This document shows positions 1-8,754 of a stretch of DNA of 64,000 nt, piece after piece; within the stretch, counting starts at the first letter, position 1; each line of letters opens with the position of its first letter. A model generated the notes under the pieces. That model saw only the letters and a program-made list of their open reading frames with translations. It did not search any database and was not told where the DNA came from. This DNA is from an uncultured Actinomycetota bacterium. GTDB taxonomy: Bacteria; Actinomycetota; Actinomycetes; DATJPE01. A program made the position numbers and the translations under genes. The stretch spans positions 397,422 through 461,421 of the forward strand of contig CAWFYH010000004.1 of the NCBI GenBank assembly GCA_963819985.1, in the 5' to 3' direction.

Positions 1-203
1 AGCGCACAGTGGATCCCCCACGTGAGTCCGTCCGATGTGCCTCCCACACCAGACCGAGTCATCGTGCCTCGGACCCCCGACACCTTGACAAGACCACGCG
101 CCGCTTGGTGTACGAATGGCCCCCGCCGCGCCACCCGAAGGACCCACACCCCCTGACACAGCGTCAGGAGAGCTGACCCTGCGTGGTCCGAGCAGGCGCT
201 TGC

Positions 204-1016
204 TCAGGTTCGCTCACCCGGTGAGCTGGGCCATGGATCGACCCTGTCCAGATCCTCCAGGTCGTAGCCGAAGTGGGCGGCGCGATCGGCAAACCGCCGC
301 ACCAAAGCCGCTCGCTCCAGCCGCCGCCACGGAACCTTGTCGTGAGCGAGGGCCTGCCAGCGCTCGGCGTACCGACTGCTGCGTCCTCCCTCGAGGCCGT
401 CGCCCGGGATCTCGCCGTGCAGGCCGAGAAATGTGCCGATCGCCTCGAGCTGGTCACGCGGTTGCGCGAGCAACGCCTCGTACTTGACCACGTGCACGTG
501 ATCGAGGTGCGTGGCATCCGCCTCGAACAGGTCATGGGCGGTGAACCAGTGGCCGAATGGCACGCTGAGCCGACGGCGTCGCACCCACTTGTGCGTCGAC
601 AGCGCGACCACGACCGGGTGGCGCACGATGACGACGAACCGGGCGCCGGGAAACAATCCCTGCAGCATCCGGGTCATCAGCAGATTGGGCGGTGACTTCT
701 CCAGCAGCAGCCGGCGGTCGAGATCCCAGTGCGGAGCCCAGGACGTCAGCAACCGCGACGCGTTCTCCGGCGTGACTATTGGTGACGTCTCGGTCAGATG
801 CGCTCGCCGGTCGTAGGCGAACCGTCCGGCCCCCCCGTAGGCGCGCGCCGGCGGGTACACGTCTTGCAGGTGCTGACCCTCGTCTTCCTTGGCGGTGGTG
901 CCAGCAAAGCCGCTCACATCCGGGTGCTCGGCCAGCACCTTGGCCAGCGCAGTGGTGCCGCTGCGATGCAGTCCGGCCACGAAGACCAACCGCGACGGGT
1001 CGGGTTCGCGAGTCAT
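204..1016 (-). CDS. Sulfotransferase (Sulfotransfer_3-like), EPS locus ST1
   Basis: 5'-PSB loop VFVAGLHRSGTTAL, EKSPPN, 3'-PB VIVRHP, VKYE. ATG at 1016 overlaps the upstream stop (ATGA). Confidence 0.88.
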   Translation of the reverse strand: MTREPDPSRLVFVAGLHRSGTTALAKVLAEHPDVSGFAGTTAKEDEGQHLQDVYPPARAYGGAGRFAYDRRAHLTETSPIVTPENASRLLTSWAPHWDLDRRLLLEKSPPNLLMTRMLQGLFPGARFVVIVRHPVVVALSTHKWVRRRRLSVPFGHWFTAHDLFEADATHLDHVHVVKYEALLAQPRDQLEAIGTFLGLHGEIPGDGLEGGRSSRYAERWQALAHDKVPWRRLERAALVRRFADRAAHFGYDLEDLDRVDPWPSSPGERT

Positions 1017-1939
1017 GGGGTCCCCGTCAGGATCTGGCGCCAGGCGTCCCTCGATGGCGCGTCCGTGAGTCGGTAGTCGGTGCCCGTGATCGGCGAGTCG
1101 AAGTAGATGGCGAACGGTGATTTCAGATCGATGAGCTGCACAGCCACTTGCTCCAACCACCTCGCTCGTCCCGTGCCGTCGTCGCCTGGGACGACCTGTG
1201 ACCCCATCTCAGCCATGCCCAAGGGGTGGCCTACCTGTTCTGCCTTCTCGACCATGGGCGCTAGCCACGATGCTGCGTCGGGATAGGTGCCTTGGCGCAC
1301 CTCCCGGTTGTAGCAGTCGAAGCCCATGACGTCGAAGAACTCCGAACCTGGGTCGTAGTCCTCGAAGGTCCGACCCACCTCGGGCTTGGTCGTACGGCAC
1401 TGCAGCACCAGCGCCGCCTTCAGCTTGGGGCGATCAACCTCCTTGGACAGCTCGCGGATGTGGCGAAACGCCGCTCGGAACTCCTCAGCCGTGAAGTAGC
1501 CGTCTTCGATGTTGTCCTCCGGCTCGTGGAAATAGACCCACCAGACCCGTCGGTCCTTGGGAATCGACGAGAACCATGCGCTGAGAGCGGCGTCGTGGTC
1601 GCCAGCGATCACTTCGGCTGGCGGCAGCTTGAACGAGACGACCACTGGCCGGTCGGCAACATCAGCGGGACTGCCCTTCCACGGCGGTGGGTCCCCTGGA
1701 TAGAAGATCCGCGCGACCTCGAGCGTGCCGTACGCCGAGTCCTGGCGGGACAGAGCCTCCTCAAATCCTGCTGCGCCTCGATAGACCGTCGTTCCGAACA
1801 GCGTGACCCGCTCATCCGGCCCGGGCACCGTGATCGACGGACCCTCAGTGGGGGTGTAACTCGCACTCGAGGAGCAGCCCGCCGCCATGCAGGCAACCAG
1901 CAGCGCCGCAACTGCCCCTGCGCACCCACGGGGACTCAC
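1013..1939 (-). CDS. GH26-like glycoside hydrolase, lipoprotein
   Basis: Lipobox MAAGC, YFHEPEDNI (acid/base), FDVMGFDCYN, GMAEMG (nucleophile). GTG at 1939 overlaps the flippase stop (GTGA). Confidence 0.75.
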   Translation of the reverse strand: MSPRGCAGAVAALLVACMAAGCSSSASYTPTEGPSITVPGPDERVTLFGTTVYRGAAGFEEALSRQDSAYGTLEVARIFYPGDPPPWKGSPADVADRPVVVSFKLPPAEVIAGDHDAALSAWFSSIPKDRRVWWVYFHEPEDNIEDGYFTAEEFRAAFRHIRELSKEVDRPKLKAALVLQCRTTKPEVGRTFEDYDPGSEFFDVMGFDCYNREVRQGTYPDAASWLAPMVEKAEQVGHPLGMAEMGSQVVPGDDGTGRARWLEQVAVQLIDLKSPFAIYFDSPITGTDYRLTDAPSRDAWRQILTGTP

Positions 1940-3525
1940 GCCGGCACCTCGCGCGTGCCGCGGGACAGCAGGACATGCAGGCTGAACAGCACCCGCAAGC
2001 GCCAGACCAGGGCGGCGTAGACCACGAGACCCAGCCCGAAGGCCGCGAATTGATAGCTCGTCGGGACGTCGGCGAGCGCCAACCCGCCGGGAATCGCGCC
2101 CAGGCACCCCAGGGCCACCAGCGCCGCCGCCCAGGTGCTGCGCCCGAAGGGGTGCAGCCGGAGCTTGACTCCAATCTGGGTCAGGGGCACCAGGTTGTTG
2201 TAGAGGATCGCCAGCGCCCACCCCACCGCAGCACCATTGATACCCCAGCGTGGGATGAGGATGAGGTCGAGCACCACGTTGAGCCCCAGCGCGACGAAGG
2301 CGTTCGCGAAGGTCCAGACAGTCTTACCGGCCATGGCTAGGACGACGTCGACGAGCCCACACCCGGTTGCCACCAGCATGGTCAGGCTGAGCACGACGAG
2401 CACCGTGGTCCCCGCGGCGTACTTCGGGCCGAAGATCAGCGGCAACTCACGAGCAAAGACAGCCAGGCACAGATAGATGGGCCACGTTGCCAGGATCAGC
2501 CACGTGGTCGAGACCCGATATACCGTGCGGACACCTGCGTCATCGCGTAACGCGATCAACCTGCTCAACCGAGGCTGCGCCACAGCGGCGATCGAACCGG
2601 CGGCCAGCTGACCGAAGACGAGGAAGCGAGTGACCGCCGCGTAGACGGCCGCCTCCGCAGGGCCGACCATGGCCGCCACCAGAATGATGTCCAGGCGGTT
2701 GAGGCCGATCTGGGCCAGGCTCTGCAGCCATCGCGCCCAGGTATAGCCCCAGAACTCCCGATGCATCGTGCCGGGCCGAGGTGCTACCACTCCCCTGCGT
2801 CGCTCCACATGCCTCAGCAGCCGCCACAACCACCAGCCGGCAAGGACCGCGGCGGGCAGGTAGGGGAAAGCCCAGGCGAGCGCCAGCGCCGACGAGCTCG
2901 TCGCGCCAACGGCGATCGCCAACCCGATGAGGACGACCTGCAGAAGCGGCCGACCGATCCGATCGACGACCACCAAAGGCCGAAGCTTGTGAAGCCCTCT
3001 CGTGCCGAACAGGCACACATCCATCAGTGCGGCGAAGGGCAGGAACACCGCCATCACTCGGATCGGTCCGATGACCACGTCTGGGTGCGCCGGCACGACG
3101 AGACGTGCGATCGGTCCAGCCAGCAGCGCGAGCACTGCAGCGGTCACGACCGAGAACACCAGGACCGGAGTCAGCGCCGACCGAAGGGCCGATCGGATCC
3201 GCTCGGGCTCGCCGAGGGCAGCCAGCCGAGCGACGAAGTAGACCGCGCCAGTCGACGCCCCCAGCCGGACGAAGGTGAAGGCGAGCACGAACAACGAGAT
3301 CGAGGTGAAGATCACACCGACCGTCACCGTGTTGACGTTTCGGGTCAGCAGCACGGTCAAGACAAAGCCGGCAAGCCCAGCGGTGACCGAGCCGGCGAGC
3401 ACGAACACCCCACCTCGTGCCAGGCTGCGCAGGTCTACGCCTTCCTCATCGGCAACGGCAACCGGCTCGTTGTCGGGGTCGTTGGCTGCTCCAGTCGGAT
3501 CCGCGGCCCGTGACCCGGAGCTCAT
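1936..3525 (-). CDS. wzx: Wzx/MurJ-like polysaccharide flippase
   Basis: About 12-14 hydrophobic segments; RLDIILVAAMVGPAEAAVYAAVTRF and LNVVLDLILIPRWGINGAAVG are typical of the family. ATGA overlap at 3522-3525. Confidence 0.85.
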   Translation of the reverse strand: MSSGSRAADPTGAANDPDNEPVAVADEEGVDLRSLARGGVFVLAGSVTAGLAGFVLTVLLTRNVNTVTVGVIFTSISLFVLAFTFVRLGASTGAVYFVARLAALGEPERIRSALRSALTPVLVFSVVTAAVLALLAGPIARLVVPAHPDVVIGPIRVMAVFLPFAALMDVCLFGTRGLHKLRPLVVVDRIGRPLLQVVLIGLAIAVGATSSSALALAWAFPYLPAAVLAGWWLWRLLRHVERRRGVVAPRPGTMHREFWGYTWARWLQSLAQIGLNRLDIILVAAMVGPAEAAVYAAVTRFLVFGQLAAGSIAAVAQPRLSRLIALRDDAGVRTVYRVSTTWLILATWPIYLCLAVFARELPLIFGPKYAAGTTVLVVLSLTMLVATGCGLVDVVLAMAGKTVWTFANAFVALGLNVVLDLILIPRWGINGAAVGWALAILYNNLVPLTQIGVKLRLHPFGRSTWAAALVALGCLGAIPGGLALADVPTSYQFAAFGLGLVVYAALVWRLRVLFSLHVLLSRGTREVPA

Positions 3526-4373
3526 CCCATCCATCGAGGAGTCCACCCGAGCCAGGCGGCCAATCGCTCGTCATAGGGGCGGAACTCTGTCTCCAACCGC
3601 TCCCGGAGCTCGCCGTCCATCGGAGAACGCGGCCGCGCATTGTGCTGGTCGTACCTTGCGTGGTCGGGCTGCGACAGCTCGAGGAAGTCGAACACCTCAT
3701 TGAGCGCCGGCGCCGGGTCCTCGAACAGTCGATGGCTGTCGACCACGAGGAAGCGGGATCGGTCGATGTGGGAGACCAGCTCCTCGAACTGCTCGATGTA
3801 GCGGCTTCGCGCCAGATAGGACTGGTGCTGCAAGGAGAAACTGTTGTACGTCGGATCCGCGATCATCCGCTCGCGTTCCCCACGGGTGCGTTCGACCTCG
3901 AGCTCTAGGGCCACCTCGAAAGGTTCGGTCTCATAACCCCGCGCCAGCTCGTGGGCGTGGGCCGAGAAGGCCCGCTCAACCGGGTCGCGAATCAGTGTGA
4001 TGACCTTCACCTCGGGCAGGTCCTTCGCGATGCGTTGCGCGGCCAGCGGGTGGAACAGGTAGTACGGACTCGACTCGAAGGTCATCACTGGAGCCCCGGT
4101 GCGGCGCCGTACCCGATCGGCAGTCCACTGCAGAGGGAAATGACTCCGGTACCAGGGAAGGCCCTTGTCGTAGTTGCGGTCGAAATAGTGCACGCCCTTG
4201 TGCAGCACCGCGGGCAGCACCTGAGGGTGTTCGGCCAACGACCGGTAGAGGCTCGAGGTGCCGCCGCGCTGCGCGCCGGCAACGAGGAAGGCCGGCAGCA
4301 GGCGAGCGTTGTTGGTCACCCGGCCGAACTGGAGCGCGGCTCCCCGCGCCAGGCGCCGGGTCGGCGCGAGCAT
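3522..4373 (-). CDS. Sulfotransferase (Sulfotransfer_1 / heparan-sulfate ST-like), ST2
   Basis: FLVAGAQRGGTSSLY..L..HP, VHYFDRNYDKGLPWYR, FESSPYYL, LIRDPVERAFS. GGGAGA RBS; start could be 4373, 4376 or 4379. Confidence 0.9.
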   Translation of the reverse strand: MLAPTRRLARGAALQFGRVTNNARLLPAFLVAGAQRGGTSSLYRSLAEHPQVLPAVLHKGVHYFDRNYDKGLPWYRSHFPLQWTADRVRRRTGAPVMTFESSPYYLFHPLAAQRIAKDLPEVKVITLIRDPVERAFSAHAHELARGYETEPFEVALELEVERTRGERERMIADPTYNSFSLQHQSYLARSRYIEQFEELVSHIDRSRFLVVDSHRLFEDPAPALNEVFDFLELSQPDHARYDQHNARPRSPMDGELRERLETEFRPYDERLAAWLGWTPRWMG

Positions 4374-4536
4374 CACCAACGTCTCCCATCGACACCTGCG
4401 CGAACGGCTTCTGAGCCTACGTCACCAGGCGGCTGGAGCATCCGGCCGAACGGCCAGAACGCACTCGTCCATCGGTCGATCCTCATCGGCGACCAGCGTC
4501 GCTCCGCTCGCCCCTGGCTATGCTCGCCGCGCAGGG

Positions 4537-5073
4537 ATGAGGCCGTTCGACGCCGGATCGGCCCCGGGATCGACGCAGAGCGAGGTGACACAGATCGTGG
4601 CCGCAGGCTCGGTGGACTCGCCCCCCCGCGTCCTTCTGGTCGGGTCCAGCGGCGGCCACTTGGCCCAGCTGATCGCTCTTCGCGGATGGTGGTCAGGAGG
4701 GGACCGCGCGTGGGTGACTTTCGACACGCCCGACGCCCGTTCGTCGCTGGTCGGCGAACCCGTGACTTGGGCGTTTCATCCAACGACCCGCAACCTGCCC
4801 AACCTCGTTCGCAACGCCTGGCAAGCGCGTCGCGTGATGAGGGATTTCCGACCAGACGTGATCGTCAGCACTGGGGCTGCGGTCGCGCTGCCGTACTTCA
4901 TCCTCGGGCGACTCGGCGGCCGGACCACGGTCTACCTCGAGGTGTACGACCGCATCGAGACCGCCACCCTGACGGGCCGGCTGTGCAGGCCGTTCACCAC
5001 TTTGATGCTCGTTCAGTGGCCGGAGCAGCAACACCTCTACCGCGACGCTCACGTGGTGGGACCTGTGCTGTGA
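4537..5073 (+). CDS. PssD/Cps14F/Alg14-like glycosyltransferase acceptor subunit
   Basis: LLVGSSGGHLAQL, RPDVIVSTGAAVALP, YLEVYDRI, LVQWPEQ. Start is ATG 4537 or GTG 4585. Confidence 0.88.
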   Translation: MRPFDAGSAPGSTQSEVTQIVAAGSVDSPPRVLLVGSSGGHLAQLIALRGWWSGGDRAWVTFDTPDARSSLVGEPVTWAFHPTTRNLPNLVRNAWQARRVMRDFRPDVIVSTGAAVALPYFILGRLGGRTTVYLEVYDRIETATLTGRLCRPFTTLMLVQWPEQQHLYRDAHVVGPVL

Positions 5074-6518
5074 CCCAGGCTGTCCCCCGACGACGCGTCC
5101 TCGCGCTCCTCGGCACCGACTACCACCCCTTCGACCGAGCAGTCGGGTGGCTGGACCAGTGGGCCGCCGACCACCCAGACGTCGACGTCACGGTGCAGTA
5201 CGGCAGGTCACGACCACCCACGGTCGCGACGGGTCGAGACTTTCTGGAGCACGCCGAGCTGACGTCGTTGATAGCTGAGAGTGACGTCGTGGTCTCCCAT
5301 GGGGGGCCGGCCACCATCTCCGAGGCGCGGGCTGCCGGGCACCTGCCCGTGGTCGTTCCCCGTGATCCGTCCCAGGGTGAGCACGTGGACGATCATCAGC
5401 TGCGCTTCACCGCGTGGCTCGCAGGCAAAGGTTTCATCGACCGGCATACCGATGCGTCGACGTTCGGGCCTGCGCTGGAGTCGGCCCTCGACCGGGATCG
5501 AACGGAGTCGGCCGCCGCCGACGAAGCGGTCGAGGGCAGCGTTGCCCGGTTGGAGCGCATGGTCACCCAGGCTCGCAGCCATCGGCGAGTACGCCCAACC
5601 GACGGCCCTACCGTGGTCTTCATCGCTGGCTTCGGACGCAGCGGCTCAACGCTGCTCGAGCGACTGCTGGGTGAGAGCCCGGGGATCACCTGCCTCGGTG
5701 AGGTCGTCCATCTATGGGAACGCGGGCTGACCAACGACGAACGCTGCGCCTGCGGAGAGCCGTTCAGCGGGTGCCCGACGTGGATGGCCATCGGGGATCG
5801 TGCCTTCGGAGGTTGGAGTCGGGTTGACGTGAAGCTCGTCCTTGAGCTTCGCCGGCTCGTGGACCGCCAGCGGCGCATCCCGGTCACCGCCTCCCCCGTG
5901 GTGAGTCGCACGACTCGCCAGGCGCTGGTCGAGTACGCGGGCTACTACGCCGCCATCTATCACGCCGCCGCCGCGCTGGCCGGTTCGAGCGTGATCGTCG
6001 ACTCCAGCAAGCACGTCTCCCTCGCCTTTGCGCTCAGCCACGACGTCGATCTTGATCTGCGCATCGTGCACCTGATCCGTGACGCACGTGCCGTCGCCTA
6101 CAGCTGGTCACGCGATGTCGAACGGCCCGAGACCACCAGCCAGCGTTCGCTGATGCCGCAGTACTCCGCCGCGGGAAGTGGACGCCGATGGCTGACGAGC
6201 AATCTGTTGGCGGACAGCCTGCGCCTGCGCGGACTGCCAGTAACACGGGTGCGTTACGAGGATCTCGTCTGTGACCCCGAACAGACGCTCACGGCGCTGG
6301 CCTGCGACCTCGCCCTGCCGGTGTCCCCCAAGCTCGACGTCGTGGACGGGCAGGTCGTCTTGGGCGCCTCCCACTCGGTAGCGGGCAACCCCATGCGTTT
6401 TGTGACCGGTCCGATCACGTTGCGTCTCGACGACGCCTGGGCGCAGGACATGCCCGCGGGCGACAGGCGCGTGGTGACCGCTCTCACGGCCCCTGTGCAG
6501 CGTTGGTACTCCCGGTAG
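5070..6518 (+). CDS. Fusion: PssE/Cps14G/Alg13-like GT (N-terminal) + sulfotransferase (C-terminal), ST3
   Basis: N-terminal: LGTDYHPFDR, VQYG, VVSHGGPATI, VVPRDPSQGEHVDDHQ. C-terminal: VFIAGFGRSGSTLL, DSSK, HLIRDARAVAYS, VRYEDLV. One continuous frame; GTGA overlap with the pssD-like stop. Confidence 0.85.
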   Translation: MTQAVPRRRVLALLGTDYHPFDRAVGWLDQWAADHPDVDVTVQYGRSRPPTVATGRDFLEHAELTSLIAESDVVVSHGGPATISEARAAGHLPVVVPRDPSQGEHVDDHQLRFTAWLAGKGFIDRHTDASTFGPALESALDRDRTESAAADEAVEGSVARLERMVTQARSHRRVRPTDGPTVVFIAGFGRSGSTLLERLLGESPGITCLGEVVHLWERGLTNDERCACGEPFSGCPTWMAIGDRAFGGWSRVDVKLVLELRRLVDRQRRIPVTASPVVSRTTRQALVEYAGYYAAIYHAAAALAGSSVIVDSSKHVSLAFALSHDVDLDLRIVHLIRDARAVAYSWSRDVERPETTSQRSLMPQYSAAGSGRRWLTSNLLADSLRLRGLPVTRVRYEDLVCDPEQTLTALACDLALPVSPKLDVVDGQVVLGASHSVAGNPMRFVTGPITLRLDDAWAQDMPAGDRRVVTALTAPVQRWYSR

Positions 6519-6619
6519 GGCCACGAGCGCGTCGGCACTTTGTCTCATCTATTGGACACCACGAGTCACATCAGCCACCCTCGAACCAGTTGCCCCAGTT
6601 TCTGGTGTGCCGCTTTGCA

Positions 6620-6635
6620 TTTGAGCGATTTCACA
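6620..6635. promoter_or_regulatory. Candidate CRP/GlxR-type binding site
   Basis: TTTGA-GCGATT-TCACA matches 9/10 of TGTGA-N6-TCACA; intergenic, about 90 bp upstream of the riboswitch. Confidence 0.35.
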
Positions 6636-6722
6636 CCTACTGTCTGGCCCGCCCAGCCGCGTCGAGCTGAGCCCGTTCGCGCCACCGCCGAGTCCTGTCT
6701 CGCGCGCACGGAGTCGATCACT

Positions 6723-6850
6723 ATCCGCTGGCAGGAGCGGGGGACCCACACTCGGGCACCCGCCAGGTGTCCTCGGGGTTAAGCCGTCTCGCACGGCCGG
6801 GCTAGCTCCAGCCCGAACCCGACAGCTGACCTCGTAGGCGTCGGAGAGAG
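6723..6850 (+). ncRNA. c-di-AMP (ydaO/yuaA) riboswitch
   Basis: Ordered conserved blocks GAGCGGGGGACCCA ... TCGGGGTTAAG ... GGGCTAGCTC ... GCCCGAACCCGACAGCTGACCTCGTAGGCGT ... GAGAG, on the coding strand 51 nt before ATG 6902. Confidence 0.92.
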
Positions 6851-6901
6851 AGTCGTCTTGTCTACGTCGTACGCCCTCAACCTGCCTGGCCGGGAGTCTC
6901 G

Positions 6902-7885
6902 ATGACCCTGACCAGACGCGATCTGCTGAAGTATTCTGCGGTGACCACCGCCGGTGTGGCCGGCTTGTCCGTGGCTACCGTGACCGCACCGGCCGAGGCC
7001 AAGAAGAAAAGGAAGAAGGCCGCCGGGGGGGCTAAGTTCCCCGGTCACAAGCCGGGCCACATCTACCTCGGCGTGTCGGCCGCGGGGGACGTCAACAAGG
7101 CGATCCGCTCGACGGGGCCGGTCGGACTGGCCCGCACCTACTACCGCTGGGGTGACGCGAGCCGCGAGGACCGCAACATCAGGGCCGACCATGCAGCCAA
7201 CCGGCTCCCGTGGATCTCGTTCAAGCCTGCCTCGACCGCCAAGGGCGGCTGGGCGGCCATCGCCTCCGGTCGATACGACGCCGACATCCGCGCTCGAGCG
7301 CGGCGCTATGCGGGCCACTCCAAGCCGATCATCGTCACGTTCAATCACGAACCCCACAACGACAAGACCGGCTCTCCGAGTGACTTCGCCAAGGCCTGGT
7401 GCCGCATCCACGACGTCATGAAGAAAGAGACCGGCCTCAAGAACGTGATCTCGGTCCCGATTCTTGGTGACTGGGAGTTCAATCCCGTCAACCGTAAGGG
7501 CGACCCGGGCGCGTTCTTGCCGGACTCAGTCCTCAGCCGTTGTCACTTCCTCGGAACCGACATGTATCAGAATCGATCGGGTCAGGGCTACGACGTGCGG
7601 CTCGGGCGGATCCTGAACTGGCTCAACGCTCGCGGTCACAGCCAGCTGATGGTCGGGTTGGGCGAGACCGGCTGCACGAATGACTACGGCAGTCCGTCGG
7701 GCGCCACCTGGTGGACGAACGGCTGGAAGTGGGCGGCCGCACACAGCGACCGAGTCGCCGCCATCGCGTATTTCAACAGCCAGCACAACAACAACTCTGG
7801 CAACACCTGGCTGCTCACTGAGTCGGCCAGCAAGCTGGCCGCGTTCAAGCAGAGCCTTGCGTCCTCCACGGCCTGCAAGCTCTAG
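6902..7885 (+). CDS. Tat-exported GH26-like glycoside hydrolase
   Basis: Twin-arginine LTRRDLLK signal ending AEA; TFNHEPHND, FLGTDMYQ, GLGETG, AYFNS. GGGAG RBS. Confidence 0.78.
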   Translation: MTLTRRDLLKYSAVTTAGVAGLSVATVTAPAEAKKKRKKAAGGAKFPGHKPGHIYLGVSAAGDVNKAIRSTGPVGLARTYYRWGDASREDRNIRADHAANRLPWISFKPASTAKGGWAAIASGRYDADIRARARRYAGHSKPIIVTFNHEPHNDKTGSPSDFAKAWCRIHDVMKKETGLKNVISVPILGDWEFNPVNRKGDPGAFLPDSVLSRCHFLGTDMYQNRSGQGYDVRLGRILNWLNARGHSQLMVGLGETGCTNDYGSPSGATWWTNGWKWAAAHSDRVAAIAYFNSQHNNNSGNTWLLTESASKLAAFKQSLASSTACKL

Positions 7886-7906
7886 ATCAGCCAACCTTCA
7901 CTCAGC

Positions 7907-7948
7907 GCACGACGGCACCGGTGGGACCACCCACCGGTGCCGTCGTGC
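7907..7948. terminator. Bidirectional terminator-like hairpin
   Basis: Perfect 19-bp stem GCACGACGGCACCGGTGGG / CCCACCGGTGCCGTCGTGC with a 4-nt loop, between convergent stops at 7885 and 7966. Confidence 0.75.
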
Positions 7949-7965
7949 CTAGCCGAATCTTCCGG

Positions 7966-8754
7966 TCAGGACTGATCGCGACGAGCAGCAGTGCCTCGTC
8001 CTACCCAGAGTCCGATCAGCACTCCGATCGTCACACACCCGCCAAGGACGGCGAGTCGCACCTTCGGCAACAGGCGATCGGGACGGTTCACCGTCTTGAT
8101 CACTCGGCCGGGTTGCTGCTCGACGGCCTGCTGCACGGCGATCAGCTGGGCCGTCTGCTCAGCGGCCCGACGGGCGAGGACTCTGCTCGTCTCGCGACTA
8201 GCCGGCGACACGACCGTGTTCTGCGCGCGTCTTTGGGCCTCCTGGGCCTCAATGACCTCTACCCGGGCAGCAGTGGCGGCCTGCGCCCTCGCCACTCGCT
8301 CAGCAAGCGTCGCCCGCGCAATCCTGGCGACCATGTCTCGCGCTTGCGCCGCCGTTTCCGCTCGATAGCGGATGAGGATGATGGAGGCGTTGGGCACGAT
8401 CGCGGCGCTCAGCCGGCGGCGCATGACCTCAGCCGTGGGCGCGGGCTGCCCATCGGCCGCGACCCTTCTCAGCACAGCATCGGACTGGGGAAGATGGGAT
8501 TCTGTCTCCATGTCGGTCAACAGGTTTCCCGACCGGTCGGCGTAGGCGTTGCCGGGCATGGGCGCCAGCAGGACCGATGCCTCCGCAGTGACCTGGGAGT
8601 CCAGGCGTGTCCAGATCGCGAGCCCCAGGGCCGCCCCGGCAACGGCCAGCACGAGCACCCAAGCCGTGCGCCGCAACCACCGGCCACCGCGGTTGGACGA
8701 CTGATCGGATGCTCCCCCAGCCAGCTCCGGACTCTTCGTCAACACCTCGCTCAC
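7966..8754 (-). CDS. Wzz-like polysaccharide co-polymerase / chain-length protein
   Basis: Two terminal TM helices flanking a periplasmic-type coiled region; TAEASVLL, IVPNASIILIRY. GTGA overlap. Confidence 0.6.
   Translation of the reverse strand: MSEVLTKSPELAGGASDQSSNRGGRWLRRTAWVLVLAVAGAALGLAIWTRLDSQVTAEASVLLAPMPGNAYADRSGNLLTDMETESHLPQSDAVLRRVAADGQPAPTAEVMRRRLSAAIVPNASIILIRYRAETAAQARDMVARIARATLAERVARAQAATAARVEVIEAQEAQRRAQNTVVSPASRETSRVLARRAAEQTAQLIAVQQAVEQQPGRVIKTVNRPDRLLPKVRLAVLGGCVTIGVLIGLWVGRGTAARRDQS

Noticed and set aside
85-116. TTGACA -35 promoter and ORF 116-487
   Set aside because: No properly spaced TAnnnT; the ORF is an antisense shadow of ST1.
3951-5069. N-terminal 373 aa of the 855-aa ORF
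   Set aside because: Overlaps ST2 (antisense) and the pssD-like gene (other frame); the real protein starts at GTG 5070.
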